Below are positions 23,985-32,000 of a DNA stretch of 32,000 bases, in pieces. The translations under genes were made by a program, and so were the position numbers. Every line of letters begins with the position of its first letter. Within the stretch, counting starts at the first letter, position 1. Under the pieces are notes generated by a model, which was not told the DNA's origin, made no database searches, and worked only from the letters and a program-made list of their open reading frames with translations. This stretch comes from Candidatus Moranella endobia PCIT (GTDB lineage Bacteria > Pseudomonadota > Gammaproteobacteria > Enterobacterales > Enterobacteriaceae): positions 150,001 to 182,000 of the forward strand of contig NC_015735.1 in the NCBI RefSeq assembly GCF_000219175.1, given 5' to 3'.

Positions 23985-24012
23985 TAGGCGGTCATTTCAT
24001 TTTGACCGCCTA
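23985..24012 (-). terminator. Intrinsic terminator downstream of acpP
   Basis: Reverse strand TAGGCGGTCA-AAATGAAA-TGACCGCCTA followed by CTTTTTC; perfect 10-bp stem starting ~20 nt after the acpP stop. Confidence 0.8.
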
Positions 24013-24031
24013 GCCTAATAATGATGTTCTC

Positions 24032-24334
24032 TTACTGCTTGCGTGCCTGAATAAAATCAATCGCTGCTTGCACAGTAGTGATTTTCTCAGCTTCGTCGTC
24101 CGTAATTTCGGTATCGAACTTTTCTTCTAGCGCCATTACCAACTCCACAGTGTCAAGAGAGTCAGCACCTAGGTCATTAACGAAAGAAGCATGATTGACA
24201 ATTTTTTCTTTTTTCACTCCCAGTTGTTCAGCTATGACTGACTTAACGCTGTCTTCGATATTTAACAATTTTTCTTGTTTCACTTCCTGTTGTTCAGCTA
24301 TGACTGACTTAACGCTGTCTTCGATATTATTCAT
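24032..24334 (-). CDS. acpP: Acyl carrier protein with duplicated N-terminal helix (100 aa)
   Basis: [45 protein letters not shown] is canonical ACP, with phosphopantetheine Ser in DSL; the N-terminus carries (N/L)[13 protein letters not shown] twice. Confidence 0.95.
   Translation of the reverse strand: MNNIEDSVKSVIAEQQEVKQEKLLNIEDSVKSVIAEQLGVKKEKIVNHASFVNDLGADSLDTVELVMALEEKFDTEITDDEAEKITTVQAAIDFIQARKQ
24201..24332 (-). repeat. Two tandem 66-bp units (22 codons) within acpP
   Basis: 24201-24266 versus 24267-24332 (offset 66): 59/66 identical by hand alignment, with an uninterrupted 40-nt identical core (24223-24262 = 24289-24328). Confidence 0.95.
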
Positions 24335-24492
24335 GCTCTTTATTCCTTATTCCTATCACAACTCGCTTACGCGATGGTTTTTTTTGCAGTTAATACATAT
24401 TAAATAACATGCAACTTAATCCTGTGGCATAACCACTATTATGTGCTATTTTGCGGCGGTTGCTACAAATAATGCAAATTATTTTCTTGCTC

Positions 24493-25227
24493 TCAAGGCA
24501 TATACATGCCGCCATTGATATGTATCGTTGCACCAGTAATATATGCTGCCTCTTCAGAAGCAAAAAAAGCGACAGCACTAGCAATATCTTTAGGATCACC
24601 AAAACGATTTGCTGGAATCTGGGATAGAATGCCCGCACGGTGTCCATCTGTCAACGCTTCGGTCATATCGGTAGCGATAAATCCTGGCGCAATCACATTA
24701 ACAGTAATGCCACGCGAAGCAACTTCAAGAGCTAGTGATTTACTAAAACCAATTAAACCAGCCTTAACAGCGGCATAATTTGCCTGTCCAGCATTACCCA
24801 GTGAGCCAACAACAGACCCAATTGTAATAATTCTGCCGTAACGATTTTTCATCATGGCACGCATGACCGCTTTAGACATACGGAATACTGACGTCAAATT
24901 AGTATTAATAACAGATTGCCATTCATCTTCATTCATGCGCATTAGTATATTATCACGCGTGATACCCACATTATTCACTAATATATCCGCATCACCAAAT
25001 TCAACGCGCATTTTATCGCAAAAATGCTCGATAGAACCTTGAATATTAAAATTTAATTCCATTCCTTGACCACTATCTCCCAGATAGGCACTGATGCTAG
25101 CAGCTCCTGTTTCGCTGGTAGCGGTACCAATAACATTGGCACCACGTGCGGCTAGCGTTTCAGCTATTGCGCGGCCAATACCACGGCTAGCTCCAGTTAC
25201 CAGCGCAATTTTACCTTCAAAGCTCAT
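24493..25227 (-). CDS. fabG: 3-oxoacyl-[ACP] reductase
   Basis: MSFEGKIALVTGASRGIGRAIAETLAARG, YAAVKAG catalytic YxxxK, INGGMYM C-terminus. Start 25227 chosen over 25245. Confidence 0.96.
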   Translation of the reverse strand: MSFEGKIALVTGASRGIGRAIAETLAARGANVIGTATSETGAASISAYLGDSGQGMELNFNIQGSIEHFCDKMRVEFGDADILVNNVGITRDNILMRMNEDEWQSVINTNLTSVFRMSKAVMRAMMKNRYGRIITIGSVVGSLGNAGQANYAAVKAGLIGFSKSLALEVASRGITVNVIAPGFIATDMTEALTDGHRAGILSQIPANRFGDPKDIASAVAFFASEEAAYITGATIHINGGMYMP

Positions 25228-25232
25228 CTTTA

Positions 25233-26177
25233 TTAGTAACTCCAATGTGCGTTTTCAATAGCTGCCGCAAGTGAAGCAGGATCGTTCACAGCCGTACCTG
25301 ACAGGGTACCGACGATGCGTTTGGTCAAACCAGTAAGCACATTACCAGGACCTACTTCTAACAACGCCTCGACGCTATGTGCCGCAAGGTACTCCACAGT
25401 TTCAGTCCAGCGCACCGGACTATAAAGCTGACGCACCAGTGCTTGGCGTATAGCTGTTGGATTATACTCAGCACGCACATCAACGTTATTGATTACTGGT
25501 AACTGCGGTGCAGCTAATGTTACTAATTCTAACGCCTGAGCCAGTTTTGTTGCAGCTGGTTTCATCAGATCACAATGGGCAGGCACACTAACCGGTAACA
25601 GTAAAGCGCGTTTAGCCCCGGCTTTTTTACAGCAAATACCGGCCCGTTCCACTGCTTCCTTATGCCCGGCAATAACAACTTGACCAGGAGAATTAAAATT
25701 AACTGGTGCAACCACCTGTCCCTGTGCTGCTCGTTCACAGGCATAAGCTATAGCGTCGATATCTAAACCGATAATAGCTGACATCGCTTCATTTCCAGCT
25801 GGTACCGCTTCTTGCATAAGCCTGCCACGCAGAGCAACTAGCTTTATTGCTACTGTGAAATCTAGACTTCCAGCACAAACTAGAGCCGAATATTCTCCCA
25901 GACTGTGACCGGCCATAAATGCCGGTTCCCGTCCGCCATGATGTTGCCATAGACGCCATATTGCTACCGATGATGCCAATAAGGCCGGTTGAGTATGCAA
26001 AGTCTTATTCAGCTCATCAGCCGGACCGTGCTGCACTAGATGCCATAAATCATATTTAAGAACATTAGAAGCTTCAGCAAACGTTGCTTCGACGATTAAG
26101 TGATCCTCTGCTAGCTCTGCTAACATCCCTACTGTCTGGACGCCCTGTCCTGGAAATACCATGGCAAAAACAGTCAT
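25233..26177 (-). CDS. fabD: Malonyl-CoA:ACP transacylase
   Basis: [68 protein letters not shown]. Start 26177 chosen over 26234. Confidence 0.96.
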   Translation of the reverse strand: MTVFAMVFPGQGVQTVGMLAELAEDHLIVEATFAEASNVLKYDLWHLVQHGPADELNKTLHTQPALLASSVAIWRLWQHHGGREPAFMAGHSLGEYSALVCAGSLDFTVAIKLVALRGRLMQEAVPAGNEAMSAIIGLDIDAIAYACERAAQGQVVAPVNFNSPGQVVIAGHKEAVERAGICCKKAGAKRALLLPVSVPAHCDLMKPAATKLAQALELVTLAAPQLPVINNVDVRAEYNPTAIRQALVRQLYSPVRWTETVEYLAAHSVEALLEVGPGNVLTGLTKRIVGTLSGTAVNDPASLAAAIENAHWSY

Positions 26178-26200
26178 TATTATGTGTTCCTTCCTGTATC

Positions 26201-26743
26201 CTAAAAACGTAATAGTGCTGAACCCCAGGTACAACAGCCGCCAAAAGATTCAAGAAGCACCAGCGATCCTTGATACGGCCATCACGTACCGATTCATCTA
26301 TCGCCAGCGTCACGGAAGCTGCGGAAGTATTGCCATGTCGATTAATATTGATCAAGACTTTTTCTACCCCCATTCCCAAGCGTAGTGTTTTGTCTACAAT
26401 ATGTGCTAGTTCAGTAACAGCTACCTTGAAAACTTCGCTACCTGAAATCTTCAGGTAAGCCGAATCCACAGGATCCATTCGGTTATGATATGGAAGAGTA
26501 AGCAAATCACTATAGCGTCCATCAGCATGCAGATGCGTGGAGATGATACCTGGTGTTGTCGAGCGTACTACCGCACCCGCACCGTCACCGAAAATAATCA
26601 ACGTACTACGATCGTCGTGGTTTAAGGTGCGGCTTAACGTATCAGAACCAATCACAAATGCGTAGTCTATCGCACAGTGTTTGACATATGTATCCACTAC
26701 TCAGATGGTATAGACAAAACCGGAGCAGGCAGCAGCTAAGTAG
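26201..26743 (-). pseudogene. fabH: Beta-ketoacyl-ACP synthase III relic
   Basis: Reverse strand YLAAACSGFVYTI-TGA(26701-26703)[22 protein letters not shown]...[10 protein letters not shown]...[16 protein letters not shown], then an in-frame loss of ~30 codons including HQAN, then [10 protein letters not shown]...VRDGRIK and a frameshift into [20 protein letters not shown]-stop (26201). Confidence 0.92.
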
Positions 26744-27066
26744 CAACAACAACCATGCTAATTTTTTCTACCTCTATTTCTGCCCTATTCATTATTAGTG
26801 GCAAAATATAACAAGCTATTTAAACCGGTTTCTGAGCAAAATTAATATCAGTGCAGTACAATCAATACCGTCAGTCAAATTCGTGAGAAACTACACTCCA
26901 GCGCAATGTGCCGCCTGGCGGCAGGTTGATTCTTACTGCAATAAGAAGTAATACTAGAAGATGCCATGTAATTATCCAGTGCTCAACAAAGATTGTTTTG
27001 CCAGTCCAGTACCTAGCCGGGATCGCCGATTAGTAACAGTTTAATTTTTAAGAATATTAGAAAAGT

Positions 27067-27092
27067 ACCTGCTGTTATGGCAGCAGGTACCA
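27067..27092 (-). terminator. Intrinsic terminator downstream of rpmF
   Basis: Reverse strand GTACCTGCTG-CCATAA-CAGCAGGTAC followed by TTTTCTCTAATATTCTT; perfect 10-bp stem ~78 nt after the rpmF stop. Confidence 0.8.
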
Positions 27093-27169
27093 TTACCACA
27101 CAACGGTACTAAATGCTGCTGCTACAACTCTATATTTAAAAAAAACGGCTCTCTGTCTCACCTGATTAA

Positions 27170-27340
27170 TTACTTGGTGATCATTTTACGACCACAGTAA
27201 AAACCATCGGCAGTAATGTGGTGCCGCAAGTGGGTTTCACCAGAAGTTTGGTCAACTGAGAGAGTTAATTTGGTAAGAGCGTCGTGGGAACGACGCATGC
27301 CACGTTTGGAACGGGTTGGTTTGTTTTGTTGTACGGCCAT
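27170..27340 (-). CDS. rpmF: 50S ribosomal protein L32
   Basis: Reverse-strand ATG at 27340: [56 protein letters not shown]-stop (56 aa). Not in the supplied ORF track, presumably below its length cut-off. Confidence 0.97.
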   Translation of the reverse strand: MAVQQNKPTRSKRGMRRSHDALTKLTLSVDQTSGETHLRHHITADGFYCGRKMITK

Positions 27341-27413
27341 GGAATTGACTCCTTTAGGACTTATGGTGGTTATTTTCTACTAAAGCCTATTATTCGTTGC
27401 ATACTGGACTGGA

Positions 27414-27442
27414 ACTACATTATTAGCCTGTAATAATGTAGT
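27414..27442. other. Perfect 12-bp inverted repeat, 5-nt loop, upstream of rpmF
   Basis: ACTACATTATTA-GCCTG-TAATAATGTAGT. Confidence 0.9.
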
Positions 27443-27807
27443 GGTTGTGTAATATAATATGTTGGCGACAAAAAGTTACTTATAAGCACGCCGTGTAGCA
27501 GTTAATAACTGCAACGCAAGATAATAATACTACGTTAATATCCTATCACGTGATTTATGCAGTAACAGGCGTTAATTGCTTAGACAAATAAACAACCGTG
27601 TAGTACAAGTATTTCTGCGCCGTGTATCAATGGTTTTAGGATCATTTTCCATTTCAAGGCAATATATTTAAACCATTACTATGTATTAGATGAATATCTA
27701 ATTAACAATAACATGCAATATTCTAGCCAACATGCAACATAGTTACTAATGCCTGGCTTGGGGCTTACATATTGCACCAAGCAAGGGCTGCTAGTTATCA
27801 GTATAAA

Positions 27808-28776
27808 TCATGCATGTGGATATTTGTGATAAGCGCGCAGATATAATAGGCATTGACGTAGCGACACATCTAAGGGCGCCTCTATACGTAACGTTTCGCC
27901 ACTACCAGGATGGTTAAAACACAACGCAACTGCATGTAAAAACAGACGATGCAGGCCGCACCCTTTCAATCGCTGATCAAAATTTATGTCTCCATAACGA
28001 TCGTCAAACGCAATAGGATGGCCAGCATATTGGGCATGAACACGAATTTGATGAGTGCGCCCAGTAACTGGACTAGCCCGTACCAGCGTGGCTAGAGTAA
28101 ACCTCTCTTCCACTTTGAAATGTGTTTCAGAAGGTTTACCATCTTTATGTACTCTGACTATGCGCTCACCGCTGGTGATGATATTTTTTAGCAGAGGTGC
28201 CGATACCGTTTTGATATTGGACTTCCACTTACTACGCACTAGCGCTAAATAATCTTTTTGTATTCCCTTAGTACGTAATTGCGTATGCAGCGAGCGTAAT
28301 GCAGAATGTTTCTTAGCAATCAATAGCACCCCTGACGTATCACGATCTAAGCGGTGAACTAATTCTAGAAATAGCGCGTTGGGACGAAGGGCACGTAGAC
28401 CTTCAATAACACCAAAACTAAGACCGCTACCACCATGCACGGCCGTACCAGCTGGCTTATTCAAGATAAGAAGATAATCGTCTTCATAGAGCACAGCATC
28501 ATTTAAAGCGGCTACTTTCTCTAATCTAGCTGAAATCAGCGGCTGCTCATTATCAGCAATTTGTACTGGCGGAATACGCAACTCATCATGATTTTGCAGT
28601 TTATATTCTGGTTTTACCCTTTTTTTATTTACGCGTACTTCACCTTTTCTAACGATGCGATAAATCATACTTTTAGGCACATTTTTAAGACGCATAATTA
28701 AAAAATTATCGATGCGCTGACCTGCTTCTTCCACTGATATGGTTATAAACCGTACACTAAGATTATTTTTTATCAT
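27808..28776 (-). CDS. rluC: 23S rRNA pseudouridine synthase RluC
   Basis: GQRIDNFLIMRLKNVPKSMIYRIVRKGEVRVNKKRVKPEY (S4-like), LELVHRLDRDTSGVLLIAKK, GRTHQIRVHAQYAGHPIAFDDRYG; divergent from rne as in E. coli. Confidence 0.96.
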   Translation of the reverse strand: MIKNNLSVRFITISVEEAGQRIDNFLIMRLKNVPKSMIYRIVRKGEVRVNKKRVKPEYKLQNHDELRIPPVQIADNEQPLISARLEKVAALNDAVLYEDDYLLILNKPAGTAVHGGSGLSFGVIEGLRALRPNALFLELVHRLDRDTSGVLLIAKKHSALRSLHTQLRTKGIQKDYLALVRSKWKSNIKTVSAPLLKNIITSGERIVRVHKDGKPSETHFKVEERFTLATLVRASPVTGRTHQIRVHAQYAGHPIAFDDRYGDINFDQRLKGCGLHRLFLHAVALCFNHPGSGETLRIEAPLDVSLRQCLLYLRAYHKYPHA

Positions 28777-29262
28777 AGGTCAACATGCTAAATATACCTA
28801 AAACATAGCGCCAATTATTATTATCTACTGTAATAATGTTGTCACAGATGCTCTTATATTATAAGACCTAAGACTAGGTCTGCAACTGATCATCGACGGC
28901 TAAAGTCGGCTTGCTATATGTATGTAAGCAGTGGAATAATATATCTATTTACCAAAATGTTAGCATCTGGGACGTATAATCGAAGATCTTTGGTAATTTA
29001 TATAGTTTTATTGAGTTAGAAGTCGCCATGGCATAGAACATAATGTCTTATTGGTAGTTAGTTTCGTATTGCATGGCAAAAATTAATCCATGCTTGCTAG
29101 CCACCATAAATAATATGGAATGCTATTCCATCTACACAAGTGCTATTTACCACCTCTTATTAGAGGCATAAATAACAACCTTATTAATTGCATTAGTACG
29201 CCAATTTACAAGGTAAGCAATACTTAATAAGAATTATTATAAATAAAAATGAGTAAGTGACA

Positions 29263-31818
29263 ATGAAAAGAATGTTAATTAACGCCACTCAACAGGAAGA
29301 ATTACGTGTTGCTTTGGTAGATGGCCAGCGTCTGTATGATCTTGATATTGAAAGTACGGGACATGAACAGAAAAAAGCCAATATTTACAAAGGTAAAATT
29401 ACACGAATTGAATCAAGTCTGGAAGCTGCATTTGTGAATTATGGTGCTGAACGCCATGGCTTTCTTCCTCTAAAAGAAATTTCCCAAGAATATTTTCCTC
29501 CACAATATTCTGCACACGGTCGACCAAACATCAAAGATGTACTACGTGAAGGTCAGGAAGTCATCGTGCAGGTTGGTAAAGAAGAACGGGGTAATAAGGG
29601 AGCAGCACTAACAACCTTTATCAGCTTAGCCGGCAGTTATTTGGTACTTATGCCTAATAATCCGCGCGCACGTGGGATTTCACGCCGCATTGAAGGAGAC
29701 TCTCGCATAGAGTTAAAAGAGGCACTATCATCATTAACACTTCCAGACGGCATGGGGCTTATTGTCCGCACTGCTGGTATTGGAAAATCAGCCGATGCGC
29801 TGCAATGGGATCTTACTTTTCGTTTAAAACACTGGCAGGTAATTAAACAAGCTGCCGAAAAACGCCCAGCTCCATTTTTGATTCACCAGGAGAGTAATGT
29901 TATTGCAAGAGCTTTTCGCGATTATTTACGACCTGATATTGGTGAAATACTAATCGACAATCCTAAGGTACTTAACATAGCAAAACAGCATATTGCGGCG
30001 CTTGGTCGCCCGGATCTTACCAATAAAATTAAACTTTACAGTGGTGAAATTTCTCTATTTAGCCACTACCAGATTGAATCACAGATTGAATCTGCTTTTC
30101 AGCGTGAAGTAAGGTTACCCTCAGGCGGATCAATTGTGATTGATACCACTGAGGCCCTTACTGCAATTGATATTAACTCTGCACGTTCCACCCGTGGCGT
30201 TGATATTGAAGAAACCGCTTTTAATACTAACCTAGAAGCTGCCGATGAGATCGCTCGTCAGCTACGCCTACGTGACCTAGGTGGTCTTATTGTAATTGAC
30301 TTCATTGATATGACTCCTGCATGTCATCAGCGCAAAGTAGAAAATTGCCTACGCGAATTAGTGTGTCAGGATCGTGCTCGGATTCAAATCGGACATATCT
30401 CCAATTTTGGTTTATTAGAACTCTCCCGTCAACGCCTGCGTCCATCGCTGGGTGAATCAAGTCATCACGTCTGCCCCCGTTGCAGTGGCACTGGTACCAT
30501 CCGTGATAACGAATCCCTTTCGCTTGCCATATTACGTCTTATTGAAGAAGAAGCACTGAAAGATAATACCCACGAAGTGCATGCAATAGTGCCAGTTCCT
30601 ATTGCTTCTTATTTGCTCAATGAAAAACGTGAAGCCGTATCTGCAATAGAGAAACGCCAAGGTGGTGTCAGAGCCATTATCGTCCCGAATGACCAAATGC
30701 ATACCCCTAATTACATGGTTTTACGTGTGCGTAAGGGCGAAGAAGCGTCTATTTTAAGCTATATGCTACCGCAATTACATGAAGCCGAGATGATACAGAC
30801 TGCTGAAGATTTTACTTCAGAGCGTAAGCGTGTAGAAAAAACAGCGCAGGCTGAGTTAGTCATGTCCGATCAATCGCTGGTGAATGAGCAGCTGCCATAC
30901 TCTGCAAATAAAGCCACTAAAGCTAATGCTGTCACTTTGCGGAACGTTGGTAATGCTCGCGGCCTTTTTGACCGTCTGGTTGCTAGCTTACAATCGATTA
31001 TTGGCATACCCATGCCACAACATCCTGAAAATAGTAACGTCGAAGCGTTAATAGCATCGTCTTCTGCAGAGTCAGCAACTAAGCGTAATAACGAACAGAT
31101 TCGTGCTGTGCAGAACAGTAGGCAAAATTGCCAAAATATTCGTGATTATAATCGTCAAAAGCGGAATAAGAACTACACCGAGATTGATAATTTTAACGAG
31201 ATAATTGACAAGAAGCAACATCAAGATCAGCTACAACAAAAACAACAACAAAAGCAACCTGGTAGTGAACCTGGTCAAGAAGATCGCAAACGACGACTCG
31301 TGCAGAAAATAGAAGCAATATCAACAAACACCGAGGTCATATCAGACAGTAACTATACTACCAGAGAAGCGGATAAACTGATTTATGACCAACCTCATCA
31401 TCAGCGTCGTACACTAACCAATCAAATTAGCGTAGTAGATCAGGTAAATATACTTCATGAATCTCAGATATTCGACAATTCGATCAATAATTTGACTGTA
31501 TTCAATGCGGTCAAAAAACAACATGATGATATCGAAAATTTTAATAATAATAAGAATACGATGCAAGATACGCAAGATATCAGCAATGCAAACAACAGTA
31601 GATTTGAAGACAACCAGACTAGCTTGCCACGTCGTTCTCGCCGGTCACCTCGTCATTTACGCGTTAGCGGTCAACGCCGTCGCCGTTATCGTTCCGGACG
31701 TTATCTAATTGCCTCACCGGTGGTAACGCTTACAAGTGCCGTAATATCTCCAGAAATAGCCTCGGGTAAAGTATGGGTGAGTTATCTTGAGCAAAAAAAA
31801 CCGGTGGTAAGAATATAA
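29263..31818 (+). CDS. rne: Ribonuclease E (C-terminally shortened)
   Basis: [31 protein letters not shown]; AIDINSA and VIDFIDM catalytic Asp segments; CPRCSGTG Zn-link. Track start 29257 is a GTG; ATG at 29263 matches the family start. Confidence 0.96.
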   Translation: MKRMLINATQQEELRVALVDGQRLYDLDIESTGHEQKKANIYKGKITRIESSLEAAFVNYGAERHGFLPLKEISQEYFPPQYSAHGRPNIKDVLREGQEVIVQVGKEERGNKGAALTTFISLAGSYLVLMPNNPRARGISRRIEGDSRIELKEALSSLTLPDGMGLIVRTAGIGKSADALQWDLTFRLKHWQVIKQAAEKRPAPFLIHQESNVIARAFRDYLRPDIGEILIDNPKVLNIAKQHIAALGRPDLTNKIKLYSGEISLFSHYQIESQIESAFQREVRLPSGGSIVIDTTEALTAIDINSARSTRGVDIEETAFNTNLEAADEIARQLRLRDLGGLIVIDFIDMTPACHQRKVENCLRELVCQDRARIQIGHISNFGLLELSRQRLRPSLGESSHHVCPRCSGTGTIRDNESLSLAILRLIEEEALKDNTHEVHAIVPVPIASYLLNEKREAVSAIEKRQGGVRAIIVPNDQMHTPNYMVLRVRKGEEASILSYMLPQLHEAEMIQTAEDFTSERKRVEKTAQAELVMSDQSLVNEQLPYSANKATKANAVTLRNVGNARGLFDRLVASLQSIIGIPMPQHPENSNVEALIASSSAESATKRNNEQIRAVQNSRQNCQNIRDYNRQKRNKNYTEIDNFNEIIDKKQHQDQLQQKQQQKQPGSEPGQEDRKRRLVQKIEAISTNTEVISDSNYTTREADKLIYDQPHHQRRTLTNQISVVDQVNILHESQIFDNSINNLTVFNAVKKQHDDIENFNNNKNTMQDTQDISNANNSRFEDNQTSLPRRSRRSPRHLRVSGQRRRRYRSGRYLIASPVVTLTSAVISPEIASGKVWVSYLEQKKPVVRI

Positions 31819-32000
31819 TTGTAACTACCGAGTAGTCACTACCAAATTGCCGACAAGATACTACTGTCAGTTGAACTGATGCGATTGATGAAAATATTCC
31901 AACGATAATATGTCACGCTAAGGGAAAATTAGCGTATGCTAATATAGCGTCAATATATATGACGATTACCAATAGATTTTCATGTTAAAATAATCAGCAA

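Noticed and set aside
24195-24407. Forward 70-aa ORF with an apparent internal protein repeat ([13 protein letters not shown] twice).
   Set aside because: It is the antisense shadow of the acpP duplication, not a separate repeat protein.
31228-31262. CAA/CAG-rich low-complexity tract that might be a contingency repeat.
   Set aside because: Imperfect and short, within the naturally low-complexity C-terminal half of RNase E; no sign of phase-variation architecture.
1-32000. CRISPR array, transposase/IS, integrase, toxin-antitoxin, secretion, biosynthetic cluster or defence island.
   Set aside because: Searched by eye on both strands; no regularly spaced repeats, no IS-like terminal repeats and no ORFs with such domains. 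All substantial ORFs are explained by housekeeping genes or their antisense.

Overview
This window looks like ordinary enterobacterial-type chromosome (Gammaproteobacteria) undergoing genome reduction. Gene content and order match E. coli-like blocks with many intervening genes missing, as expected for an insect endosymbiont or host-restricted lineage. That host assignment is inference, not shown by the sequence. Supported genes: recB (N-terminal 800 codons, running off the left edge), zwf, pykA, tRNA-Ser(GGA), holA, lptE, leuS, rnhA/dnaQ (divergent), ung, accD, lipB, lipA, tRNA-Arg(ACG), tRNA-Ser(GCT), nusB, ribH, a decayed nlpD, mutS, ycfH (TatD family), holB, acpP, fabG, fabD, a fabH pseudogene, rpmF (missing from the ORF track), rluC and rne. 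I found no mobile element, CRISPR array, phage or defence module, and nothing I would call a new biological system. The most unusual observations are: (1) an in-frame 66-bp tandem duplication that doubles helix I of acyl carrier protein, with a possible internal TTG start; (2) a fabH relic with at least three separate lesions, in a fatty-acid locus that also lacks plsX and fabF; (3) strong terminator-like hairpins after rpmF and acpP that appear to re-punctuate the old rpmF-plsX-fab operon; (4) an nlpD whose LysM region is decaying behind an in-frame stop while its LytM domain is kept; (5) a perfect 12-bp-stem hairpin just upstream of rpmF; (6) a tRNA-Ser(GGA) with GTCA where GCCA is expected.
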